From the NCBI GenBank assembly GCA_964452145.1, contig CAYVLA010000032.1:1-30170 (forward strand): a stretch of DNA of 30,170 nucleotides, written 5' to 3'. Position numbers and translations under genes: made by a program. The DNA comes from Candidatus Hadarchaeota archaeon (GTDB taxonomy: Archaea; CAYQAE01; CAYVLA01). The notes beneath the pieces were generated by a model that worked only from the letters and a program-made list of their open reading frames with translations, did no database searches and was not told the DNA's origin. This document shows, in pieces, positions 1 through 8,925 of this stretch (positions are counted from its first letter, which is position 1; each line of letters opens with the position of its first letter).

Positions 1-46
1 ATCCACCTGCCATACCCTTGCTTGGAACGGTTATTATGTGTTGCAT
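1..46 (-). CDS. Possible 5' end of a gene running off the left edge (MQHIITVPSKGMAGG...)
   Basis: ATG at 46-44 on the minus strand, preceded by GAGGT and overlapping the 3' end of the FG-GAP gene. Only 15 codons are visible. Confidence 0.25.
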   Translation of the reverse strand, partial: MQHIITVPSKGMAGG

Positions 47-2781
47 GGAACCTCGCGGAACCTGGACCGCGCAAGCCTAGACCGGATTCCGCTGCCCACA
101 AGCAGCGCACCGGCCAGGGTCATCAAGGCAAGTCCCTCCGAGATGTGGAGGGCATAGAGGTTGCCATCCATCACGGGGACCAGTATGTCCGCCATCTTGT
201 CCCGGTCGAGATCGCAGATGACCGGATCCCCTACCGGATACCCGAAATCGTAGGACCATTCAAGGCCCCCTATGCCCAGGCAAACCAGCCTGCCATCCAG
301 GGTACCGAGGATGAACTCATCAAGCCCATCGGAGTCTATGTCGCAGCTGATGGCGTCAGAGGACCCCGATCCAATCTGAAAGTTCCATTCCAAGGTACCC
401 CTGGATCCGTCGAAGCAGTGGAAGGTGCCGTTCCGGTTACCTATCCCAACCTCCTTGATGCCGTCCCCGTCCACATCCGCCACGGCCGGCATCTTTCCGT
501 ATATCTCGTCGCTATCTCCCCCTCCGAAGAGTCTGACCCATATCTGGGAGATGTAGTAGTAGGTCTGATTCTGGATGGTAAAGGACCTCTTCCGATCAAC
601 GGGCAGGCTTCCCCAGCCTCCCCCCCACACGATCTCGGTTGTTCCGTCTCCTTCGAGATCGGCCAGCAGGGGCGTGTGGTAACCGCAGATTGAGCTGGGC
701 TTCCTCTCCTGGCCCGTGGGGCCCATTACCACAATCAGGTCGAAATGCTCCCTCATGAGAAGATCTTCAAGTCCATCCTGATCGTAATCGAAGACCGCCA
801 TGAAGCCCGCGTAGGTTCCGTACTCCTTCTGCCACAGTACCTCACCGGTGAAGCCGTCAATCGCCAAGGTGGAAGCGACATGCCCTCCCGCCCCTAGCGT
901 GCAGACGAAGAAGTCCCAGTGAGAATCGCCTGTTACGTTGGCTACGGCCCAGTCGTACGGATTCGAAGGCAGAGGGTAGCTGCGGATCTGCTTGCCGGAT
1001 ATGTTGAGGACGAGGAGGGCCTCGGTGCCAGCCGCAAGGATCTCGGGTGAGCCGTCCCCGTCGATGTCCCAGATCACCAGTGACCCATCCTTGCCGTATT
1101 TGGCCCACCTCGCGGCGGCCGAAAACCGCATGATCTCTTCCCCATTGGACCCGAGAATCACCTGGCTTCCCGCACTGTTCCTGACGAGAATCTCCGGGTA
1201 CCCGTCGAGATCCAAGTCTGCGGCAATCACCGATGAGAGGTGCCCCCCGGTCATCGATTTGCCGAGAAGTTGACCGGAGGCATTGATAACCCTGAGCCAG
1301 CCATCGCTCCCGCTGGCGATTATTCCGTTTTCGGCGTAGACGCCTCGCACGTTGAGGGATGCTCCCACTTCACGTTGATCGATAACCCAGGATGTGCTCA
1401 CCGATCCATTAAGCATCCCGAGAAACCCGAGGGACCCATTCTGCGCCCATACAACGAATCCGGCCCCGCCCTTCATCCATGTCTCTGGATTGGCGATGGT
1501 GTTTACGCTGGCGGGTAGCGGAGCCCAGTGGTCCATGACGAGACCTAGGACGCCGACAATCGTGGCAGAGGAATTCTGAATATGGTGTATTGTGACGTTG
1601 GAGTAGTAAGTCGGGGATCTCTGGTGCTGCTCGCTGGTGATCACCTCGTCGGTGCCGTCTCCATCCACATCGACAACCCCCAGTAGGTACTGGTCCGGCA
1701 GGTCAAATTTCTCGGAACCCGTCAGAGCATCCCAGATTTTGGTGTGCCACCTTGCGTCTGAGATTTGATTGTATACCGAGAATGCTATCTCCTTAAGGCC
1801 GTCGCCATCCAGATCAGAGACCGAGCCAACGGTCACCTTGATATCGATCAGGTCATCGGGATAGGAGTACTCAAAGTGCCTGTTCCAGATCTGGGTCAGC
1901 CGCGAGCCATCGTTGTCCACGATCCAGAGATGTTCATTCAAGTTGGGGGCGAGAAGTGCTATCTCGGGGTAGGGATCTTGATCCAGATTCGTGATGATCA
2001 GGGTCCCGTAGTTCCTGTTTATGCCCGGGGAATGGGCGACCATCTTCTCCTTTCCGGTCTCGCCGTCGAAGGCGTAGATCTTCTCATAGGTTGCGATGAC
2101 CAGGTCCTGCACGCCGTCAAGATCCAGATCGGCCACGGCAATCGGCGGCGGATAGTTACGGGTCTCCTCGGCGGATGCGGTCCAGACAAGCTGGCCGCTG
2201 CCCGCCCCCTGAGGAAAGGCGTATGCATATCCGATCATGCTCTTGTAGGGCCAGACAAGCAGTTCGGGTCCGGGTGCCTTCGATGAGACATCGGCCACCT
2301 TGATCGAGTAGCGACCTATCCCGGAGGAGGGGGAGGGAAAGCTCCGGTTCCAGAGGACCGATCCGCTCTTGGAGTCCAAGACGAAGATCGCCGAGGGCGA
2401 CGATCTGCAGACGATTATCTCCGTCGATCCGTCGGCGCCGAGGTCGGCCACATCCAGGATGCTGGTCAAATCGAGAGACGGGGTGGCCCAAATGGCATCT
2501 CCCGAGGCTTGTATGGCCCGGATCCTTCCCGCTGAGACCAGGATAACCTCTTCCAGGCCATCTCCGTCCAGATCAAGGCTCTGAGCCTGGCTCGCGTGTC
2601 CACCGATGGGATAGGTCCACAGCACGTCCGGCGTCCGGTTCATGTTGCCGCGGAGCGGTGAGTGACCCGAGTTCTGCACATCCCTTCTCCACATAGGCCA
2701 CTCCCAATCGTTGACCATCATCCCCTCGCCCGTGAGGAAAATCACTGCCAAGGCCGTGATGAGTGCGAGCCGGGAGGACAA
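34..2781 (-). CDS. Secreted, C-terminally anchored FG-GAP/VCBS repeat beta-propeller protein
   Basis: Many D-[LVI]-D-x-D-G-x-x-[DE]-[IVL] repeats. Begins with a PQQ-like segment (WPMWRRDVQNSG). A hydrophobic signal peptide follows a TTG at 2781 with AGGTG upstream; the ORF-track start at 2970 overlaps the upstream gene. Ends in ISE + TM helix + basic tail. Confidence 0.85.
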   Translation of the reverse strand: MSSRLALITALAVIFLTGEGMMVNDWEWPMWRRDVQNSGHSPLRGNMNRTPDVLWTYPIGGHASQAQSLDLDGDGLEEVILVSAGRIRAIQASGDAIWATPSLDLTSILDVADLGADGSTEIIVCRSSPSAIFVLDSKSGSVLWNRSFPSPSSGIGRYSIKVADVSSKAPGPELLVWPYKSMIGYAYAFPQGAGSGQLVWTASAEETRNYPPPIAVADLDLDGVQDLVIATYEKIYAFDGETGKEKMVAHSPGINRNYGTLIITNLDQDPYPEIALLAPNLNEHLWIVDNDGSRLTQIWNRHFEYSYPDDLIDIKVTVGSVSDLDGDGLKEIAFSVYNQISDARWHTKIWDALTGSEKFDLPDQYLLGVVDVDGDGTDEVITSEQHQRSPTYYSNVTIHHIQNSSATIVGVLGLVMDHWAPLPASVNTIANPETWMKGGAGFVVWAQNGSLGFLGMLNGSVSTSWVIDQREVGASLNVRGVYAENGIIASGSDGWLRVINASGQLLGKSMTGGHLSSVIAADLDLDGYPEILVRNSAGSQVILGSNGEEIMRFSAAARWAKYGKDGSLVIWDIDGDGSPEILAAGTEALLVLNISGKQIRSYPLPSNPYDWAVANVTGDSHWDFFVCTLGAGGHVASTLAIDGFTGEVLWQKEYGTYAGFMAVFDYDQDGLEDLLMREHFDLIVVMGPTGQERKPSSICGYHTPLLADLEGDGTTEIVWGGGWGSLPVDRKRSFTIQNQTYYYISQIWVRLFGGGDSDEIYGKMPAVADVDGDGIKEVGIGNRNGTFHCFDGSRGTLEWNFQIGSGSSDAISCDIDSDGLDEFILGTLDGRLVCLGIGGLEWSYDFGYPVGDPVICDLDRDKMADILVPVMDGNLYALHISEGLALMTLAGALLVGSGIRSRLARSRFREVPCNT

Positions 2782-2858
2782 TGCGTGACACCTTTTATCA
2801 CCGGCTCGCGGCAAAGCAATAATAAGGTATCGGCATACTACTCCCAGACTCCCAGCGG

Positions 2859-4046
2859 TCAGGATCGCGGCAGTCGGGATGATCCAACCTCCCTGTAGAG
2901 CCGCCTTCTGACCATCAGCCCCCAGACGACCAGACCGCTGACCATGATCGTTGCCGTCAGGGCACACCATTCGGTGATGTATACCCAGAGCAACGCGGAG
3001 TCCTTGGCCTTCATGGCGTCCTCCATCATAGCCAGTTGATCGGCTTTCACCTCCCTCATGATATCCAAGCAGCGATCGTAGTCGCCCGCCAGGTATGCAG
3101 CATCGGCTCCCGCCTTCATCTGGGCTGCGTCATCGAAACGCTGGAATAGCCTGTCGGTCCTGCCCCCGAACTGCTCCACGAAGCCGATCACGGATGCGGC
3201 CATTGATCTTCTCTCCTCGTACTCCAAGAAATCCGTGATCAGCTGCCTGAAGAGCAGGACGTCTTGGGGCAGGGCTCGTTCAGCCGTTCTGTATGTCAGG
3301 TAGATCATGGCTTCGGGGAAGAAGGCCCAGCCCCTGGTCCAGGGAAGAACCCCGTTGGGGAACTTGCTCGCAAAGCACAGGACCCTGCCGCTTCCGATTC
3401 TCCAGTATGTCATGAGAGGATACTCCTTCGGGTGGACCATTCTGGCCCAGAGGCTGCTCCCCTGCTTGGCTACCTGGGAGTTCACATTTGCCAGCGCAGG
3501 GGCCTCCTGCCAGGGCAGCGCGGCCATCAGAGGCTCCGAGCTGTCGAGAACCTTGACCTTGAAGCTTCCGCTGACGTCCAGATCCTGCCCGGGCTCGCAG
3601 GGCGCGATGTCGGCCAGCGTCGTGCCCTCCCAGCTTTCGAAGCTGTTGCTCTGAATGCTCCCGAGCCACAGCAAGCCCAGGCCCTCGTCCGTGACCGACC
3701 TGCCCAGCCAATCGATCCACTCGGTTCTGAAGATGGTTCGGTCGGCGTCGCTGGTCAGGATGAGGTCATAGTCCTGAGTCAGTCTTGCGTATGTACGTGG
3801 CATGTATATCCTCATGTTCCTCCATGCTGCTTCCTGGGAGCCAAGGTAATCAGGCCTGGAAGGTACCAAGGTGGCATCGATGGCGGGATCGTTTCTGATG
3901 ACAACGAAGCTGTTGAAACCCCCGTACTGATCCACAACGTCCCCGAAGCAGATGACATTCACTCTCCCCTCAAGGCTCGAAGCCGCTGTGATTGCCAGAA
4001 GGCCCAACATAGTGGGGGCCCACCACGAAAGCCATCGGTGTCTCAT
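2859..4046 (-). CDS. Membrane-anchored protein with a class I glutamine-amidotransferase-like (DUF1355-type) domain and helical C-terminal stalk
   Basis: Signal peptide; YDLILTSDA, GLGLLWLG and PLMTYWRIGSGRVLCF segments typical of GATase-like folds; C-terminal TM (ALLWVYITEW...) followed by RRRLYREV. Confidence 0.7.
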   Translation of the reverse strand: MRHRWLSWWAPTMLGLLAITAASSLEGRVNVICFGDVVDQYGGFNSFVVIRNDPAIDATLVPSRPDYLGSQEAAWRNMRIYMPRTYARLTQDYDLILTSDADRTIFRTEWIDWLGRSVTDEGLGLLWLGSIQSNSFESWEGTTLADIAPCEPGQDLDVSGSFKVKVLDSSEPLMAALPWQEAPALANVNSQVAKQGSSLWARMVHPKEYPLMTYWRIGSGRVLCFASKFPNGVLPWTRGWAFFPEAMIYLTYRTAERALPQDVLLFRQLITDFLEYEERRSMAASVIGFVEQFGGRTDRLFQRFDDAAQMKAGADAAYLAGDYDRCLDIMREVKADQLAMMEDAMKAKDSALLWVYITEWCALTATIMVSGLVVWGLMVRRRLYREVGSSRLPRS

Positions 4047-4195
4047 TCAACGACCCCATTGGACTGGCGGATCATCTCGATAAATCTTCCGGCGCCCTCC
4101 TGCCCTGGGCCAGGTCGGCGCAACTGCTTGCAGGTCCTTGTCTGGACCGCCGGGTCGGGCAATCCTCAACGTGCTGCAGTGTCAACCTGCGCCAA

Positions 4196-6718
4196 GTGAT
4201 GGACCAGAGAGATTCATTCTTAACCGGAAGAACCCGTGTTGAGAACGTGGAGAGGGTCTCCTTCTGGGTTTCCCCTGAGCGGGTTAGGGGACGAAGGATA
4301 TTTCGGGCATGCACGTCCTGCGGCGCGAGCCTCTTTTCATCTAGCGTCGATTACCTCGAGTTCCGCGGAACGTACCCGAGGATGGTTCTGTGCCCCCGTT
4401 GCAGAGAGTCCGAGGTTGACGCTGCAACGTCGCTGGTGTCCCTACCGTCCTGGCAATCCCTGCTTGGCATGCTGATGGCCCCGGATGGATCCAGGCCCAG
4501 TACAGCAGCCGTGACCATGTCGGCCCTCCTGGTGAGTGCCTGCCTGACCGTTTCGCTCGCTGCCATCAAGATGGCCGAGGTCGGGGCTGCGGCGCATCCC
4601 TTCGGGGAAATCCAGGACATGGTCCTGGTCTACGTCTCTCACCAGGAGGGGGGGTCATTCACCCAGGAACGTCTATCGCCCTATGTCTCCTATCTAGACC
4701 AGAGCGGTTCCAGCGGGGAATGGCTCTTTGACTCGTTCCTTTTCCTGAGCCTCTCATCGGGAATCAATGCCAATTTCTGGACACGGTCGACCGCGACGGA
4801 TTGGACATGGTGGATCGAAAAGCTGTTTGCTAAGGATGAGCAGATCGATGCTCTCAACAAGGAGATCGATAGGGTGAGGCGCGTGCTGGGCAAGCCCTCA
4901 AGGAGAGGGGTCATCGTGTCAATTCCCTATCCCGATCCCAGCGTCGAGAATTTCGGGATGCGTTCGACGGACGGAACCCTGATGAGGTTCTCCCCGAACC
5001 CGGACCGAGAACTGAGCGCGCGACACAGACTCGAGGCATGTGAATGGTTTGTTGACGAGATCGTCGGCAGATACAGGGCGCGCTCTTACAACAACCTGGA
5101 ACTGCTCGGCTTCTACTGGTTGCAGGAGGAACTTCGCGACGGTGACGCGGAGTTGATCAACGCGCTGGCCGATCACCTTCACGGGAAGGGCTATCAGCTC
5201 TTCTGGATACCGTACAATTCCGAGGACAACATCGAGGCCTTGAGGACTTATCGCAGGGGAGAGCTGTCATTTGACTGGGTTTGGATCCAGCCCAACTATG
5301 TCTTTGCCAGAGGCGCGGCAGAGCGATGGCGGGAACTGAGGGACCTAGACCAGATCGCAAGGACCGCCCATGAGCTTGGAGTCTCGATAGAGATAGAGAT
5401 GAATAGAGATGAGTTCCTCAAGGGCGAAGTTGGAGCCGTAAACGACTTCTATGCCTACCTTGACGGAGGTCTAACCCATCTCTACATAGACAAGCCGCTT
5501 GCGTACTACGTATTCCCCTACGATATGTACCACAGCAGAATTCCGATCGTCAGGCAGAGCTATGACGCTCTGTGTCGCTTCGTCAAAGGCCGGCACGAAC
5601 CCGTCACCTACTTCCTCCACTTGAGCGTAGGTGGGCCCCACGTGACCAGCAGCGCGTCGATCTACTTGGAGTCACAGAGGCAATGGGGACCGGCTCAGGA
5701 GATGGCGGGACATTCGATCAGGGTCGCACTCCCGGAGGCCACCTTCTCGATCTCGCGACTGGATCCTGACAAAGACATGGTCGTGGCGGTAAGGTACCTC
5801 ACGTATCAGGAGGGAGGGCTAGAGATGAGGATCGGAGGCGAATGGGAACCCGTTGGGAGTTTTGTGGCCGATGGGAAGTGGCGCACTAGTCACTTCAGGC
5901 TGCCCCTGGCTGGGACGGGCTCGAAATCGGCGACCTTCAGGATCACTGACATTACTTGGGTGTCCGACATCTGGTCATATCCCGACGAAGCAATCTTCCG
6001 TCTTGGTCCGCCAGACCCGTCTAACGAATTCCCGGGTCTGATCGTCGAAGCGACGAAGATCGAAGAGGTATGGATGCTCGGCGGGGGGGATGAAGTGGTC
6101 TTCCTGCAGGCTGACCCAAAACAGGAATGGCTCCTCGGATTGACATACAAATCGGACGCAGAGGTGGGCATGACCGTGGTGGCAGATGAGCCTGTCCAGA
6201 CCGTCACGCTGAGCCCAGCGACCGGATGGGAGAGCATCTCGGTCCTCGTGAGTCCCCGGCAACAAGCAGGTGGGATGCTGTTCCGCTTCGACCGAGCCCT
6301 GCAGATCAAGGACATGTGGGTGTCGAAGCCGAGGCTTTCGACGAACGTCGGTACGGCCTGGGATTCCGCGGTGCATCGACACAATCCTGGCGTATGCATC
6401 GGAAGCGGGTGGAGTGCACCCAGGGAGACCAAGACTGAGCCCCGTCTCACGTATCGTCTCGGAGAAAGTGGGTCGACCCTCATCGCTCACGCGCCGGACG
6501 CCGTGAATCCATCCCTGATAACGATGGCATACCGGTCCAAGACCGAAGTCGAGATCAGCATGGCTGGCAGCGGGCTGGTTCTGGGCCATCTTCCCCAGGC
6601 CGATCAATGGCAGACGGCCTCGGTCACGATCCCGGCGGGTGCGTTAGGACCGGTTTTCATCGAGTTGGGCTCTGCTGTTGAACTGGCGCAGATGTGGCTC
6701 GAGGTAGTAACCAATTAA
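4196..6718 (+). CDS. DUF4855-like (putative glycoside hydrolase TIM barrel) membrane protein with N-terminal zinc ribbon and C-terminal beta-sandwich repeats
   Basis: WLFDSFLFL, LLGFYWLQE, WIPY, QPNY and EIE motifs; CTSC...CPRC before a TM segment. The true start may be GTG 4247, which lies downstream of TTCTTAA at about 4217. Confidence 0.75.
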   Translation: MMDQRDSFLTGRTRVENVERVSFWVSPERVRGRRIFRACTSCGASLFSSSVDYLEFRGTYPRMVLCPRCRESEVDAATSLVSLPSWQSLLGMLMAPDGSRPSTAAVTMSALLVSACLTVSLAAIKMAEVGAAAHPFGEIQDMVLVYVSHQEGGSFTQERLSPYVSYLDQSGSSGEWLFDSFLFLSLSSGINANFWTRSTATDWTWWIEKLFAKDEQIDALNKEIDRVRRVLGKPSRRGVIVSIPYPDPSVENFGMRSTDGTLMRFSPNPDRELSARHRLEACEWFVDEIVGRYRARSYNNLELLGFYWLQEELRDGDAELINALADHLHGKGYQLFWIPYNSEDNIEALRTYRRGELSFDWVWIQPNYVFARGAAERWRELRDLDQIARTAHELGVSIEIEMNRDEFLKGEVGAVNDFYAYLDGGLTHLYIDKPLAYYVFPYDMYHSRIPIVRQSYDALCRFVKGRHEPVTYFLHLSVGGPHVTSSASIYLESQRQWGPAQEMAGHSIRVALPEATFSISRLDPDKDMVVAVRYLTYQEGGLEMRIGGEWEPVGSFVADGKWRTSHFRLPLAGTGSKSATFRITDITWVSDIWSYPDEAIFRLGPPDPSNEFPGLIVEATKIEEVWMLGGGDEVVFLQADPKQEWLLGLTYKSDAEVGMTVVADEPVQTVTLSPATGWESISVLVSPRQQAGGMLFRFDRALQIKDMWVSKPRLSTNVGTAWDSAVHRHNPGVCIGSGWSAPRETKTEPRLTYRLGESGSTLIAHAPDAVNPSLITMAYRSKTEVEISMAGSGLVLGHLPQADQWQTASVTIPAGALGPVFIELGSAVELAQMWLEVVTN

Positions 6719-6757
6719 TTTGTGCTAAATTTGTTGCACCCTACCACGTCTCGTATC

Positions 6758-8104
6758 TCACCAACCCATCTTCTTTCTCCACTGATCATAATCACCCTCC
6801 TTCTTGCCCACCAGATTCCAGAAAGACCTCTTCGGGCTTAGGCCCTTCTCCGCTGCGACGACAAGTGGGTCCACCCTCCTTCCCAGCTTTGCCTCTTCCC
6901 ACCTCCTCAGTCTTATGGCCAGTTCATCCAAGACCCCGGAGAAGTCCCGCGAAACCTCGCAAAGCTCCCAAGGATCGAGCTCCAGATCGTAGAGCTCCTC
7001 AGATGGGCACGGCCAGAAACCATGGTCCATGCAGCGCGTGTACTTCCATTTCGCGCTGATGATGGCTCTCTTGGCCTGCCACAGCCCCTGATTGACAACG
7101 GCAAAGGAACGGTGAGCCTCGGCTTCGCCTCTGAGGACGGGAACAATGCTTCTGCCCTGCATCGCAGCGGGCCTCTCGATGTCAGCGATTTCCAGTACGG
7201 TCGGCGCAAGGTCGACATGCTGAACGAAGGCAGGTACTCGCATTGGATCGGCCTCGGGCCAACGTATCAGCAGCGGGACCCGGACCGTGTCCTCGTAAAC
7301 GCTGGCATGATCGAAGTAGATCGAGTGCTCGCCCAAGCTCTCCCCATGGTCGGAGGTCAAGATGAGAACCGTCTCGTCATAGATATCCTCCTCCTTCAGA
7401 GTCCGGAAAACATCGCCGAGACGGTCGTCTGCATATCTGATCTCACCGTCGTACTGGGCCCTGATGTACTCGATATCCGTTATTCCTTCTCCCATGCGTT
7501 CGATGAGCAGCTTGGTGAAAGGCCATGCGAGGACCTTCTTGGCTTCTTCCAGGCTCTCGTTAGCGGTATCCCTCTCGTCCCCCTTGTAGAAGAGCCTTCT
7601 GTAGCTCTCCGGGGGCAGATAGGGCGTGTGGGGATCCCAATAGTGGATGAAGAGGAAGAAATCCTCTCCCTTGTGCTCCCTTATCCAAGGAATGGCATAT
7701 GAGTTCACCTCGTCGGCCGTCACCCTCTGCGTCAGGTCTCGTCTACCGGCAACGGGGTTCATGTAGTAGTTGAAGCCTCGGGAGAAGTAGGCCTTCATGT
7801 GGCCAAGGGTGCTGACCGCTGCCGTGGTATATGAGTGCCTCTCCATCAGGGAGGGCATCCAGGGACAATCATTCTCGATCCACTCATGTTCGGCATGGGA
7901 TACGACCCCGTTCACGATGCCCCGCTGGCCCGAGAACGTTGACGTATAGCTGGGCTGGGTAGGAACGTCGCTGGGATAGGATCTCTCAAAGAGAACCGAT
8001 TCGCGGGAGAGAGCATCGATGTTCGGGGAGGTGTCGCGCCCGTACCCGTAGCAGCCTAAGTGGTCGGCCCTCAGGGTGTCCAGAAAGACAAGGACAAATT
8101 TCAT
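6758..8104 (-). CDS. Sulfatase-like alkaline phosphatase superfamily hydrolase (cytoplasmic)
   Basis: DTLRADHLGCYGY, TQPSYTSTFSG, HYWDPHTPY, YDGEIRYAD, TSDHGE, DH...YE...VPLLI, ELYDLELDPWE. No signal peptide. Confidence 0.9.
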   Translation of the reverse strand: MKFVLVFLDTLRADHLGCYGYGRDTSPNIDALSRESVLFERSYPSDVPTQPSYTSTFSGQRGIVNGVVSHAEHEWIENDCPWMPSLMERHSYTTAAVSTLGHMKAYFSRGFNYYMNPVAGRRDLTQRVTADEVNSYAIPWIREHKGEDFFLFIHYWDPHTPYLPPESYRRLFYKGDERDTANESLEEAKKVLAWPFTKLLIERMGEGITDIEYIRAQYDGEIRYADDRLGDVFRTLKEEDIYDETVLILTSDHGESLGEHSIYFDHASVYEDTVRVPLLIRWPEADPMRVPAFVQHVDLAPTVLEIADIERPAAMQGRSIVPVLRGEAEAHRSFAVVNQGLWQAKRAIISAKWKYTRCMDHGFWPCPSEELYDLELDPWELCEVSRDFSGVLDELAIRLRRWEEAKLGRRVDPLVVAAEKGLSPKRSFWNLVGKKEGDYDQWRKKMGW

Positions 8105-8140
8105 GGCGCAGGTCCATCTGGTTCCCTCAAAAATCTATCG

Positions 8141-8169
8141 ACCGGCACTGACACCGGCACTAACACGGC
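8141..8169 (+). repeat. Imperfect 12-bp tandem repeat (ACCGGCACTGAC, ACCGGCACTAAC, partial ACGGC)
   Basis: Read directly from the sequence in the intergenic region upstream of the sulfatase. Confidence 0.6.
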
Positions 8170-8227
8170 CGGGTGCCTGATCCCGGAAGGCCTGTCTCAT
8201 GGATGGTGTAGAGCTGCGCCTGAAAGC

Positions 8228-8905
8228 CTATTCGTTTCTCCTGCCTAGAACGATCTCCACTTCCAGGCCCCACATGGGGAGTCGTTCTGCGTCCAAGACG
8301 GTGAAGTGGGCCGATGACATAGAGCTCTGGACATCGATCGGTCTACAGTCAGCAAGTGCCGGGAAGAGTCGGTGCACCAGCTCGTAGGCCCTCTTCATGA
8401 ACTCATTCCCTCCTCTCACGGACAGGCTAACCACAGAGATTCTTCCCCCTGATCGCAAAACCCTTCTCCATTCCGCCAAGACCAGGGGGATCTCGGGCGT
8501 GTCGAAGAGCTCGAGGGTGAAGCTTGCGAAGATAGCGTCGAATGCCCGGGACCTATAGGGAAGCCTCGCACCATCCCCGCAGGCCAGGTGCAGCCCGCCA
8601 GCCAGACACGCCCTGGATGCCAGCCCTTGGGCCTCATCTAGCATTCCCTCCGATATGTCGACACCATGTACCCTGCCGCCTTGCCCCACGGATCGCGCCA
8701 AGGCCTCAACAGCGTTCCCCGTTCCGATGCCGATTTCAAGGATCCTCTCATTCTCCCTGGCATCAAGCATCATCAAGCCCGCCTTCCGCGCCTCGTCTTC
8801 CCACATGGAGGCGGCCAGATCGTACCACCTGCTCATCTTGTTGTAGCTGGACCTGGCCTCAGCCTTTGATCTAGTCACCCTGCTCGGCTCGACGCAGGCT
8901 CCCAT
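8228..8905 (-). CDS. Class I SAM-dependent methyltransferase, UbiE/MenG-like
   Basis: ILEIGIGTG (motif I), GVDISEGML, GDGARLPY...FDAI, RVLRSGG. Confidence 0.88.
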   Translation of the reverse strand: MGACVEPSRVTRSKAEARSSYNKMSRWYDLAASMWEDEARKAGLMMLDARENERILEIGIGTGNAVEALARSVGQGGRVHGVDISEGMLDEAQGLASRACLAGGLHLACGDGARLPYRSRAFDAIFASFTLELFDTPEIPLVLAEWRRVLRSGGRISVVSLSVRGGNEFMKRAYELVHRLFPALADCRPIDVQSSMSSAHFTVLDAERLPMWGLEVEIVLGRRNE

Positions 8906-8925
8906 TCAATCTCCCTGTCTCATGG

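Noticed and set aside
2782..2970. ORF-track N-terminal extension of the FG-GAP protein
   Set aside because: Overlaps the upstream gene and precedes the signal peptide; TTG 2781 fits better.
22..4199. Long plus-strand ORFs (22-693, 1765-2286, 3264-4199)
   Set aside because: Antisense shadows of well-supported minus-strand genes, as expected in GC-rich DNA; no motifs.
6716..6745. AT-rich AATTTGTGC / AATTTGTTGC repeat between convergent genes
   Set aside because: Too short; consistent with an ordinary terminator region.
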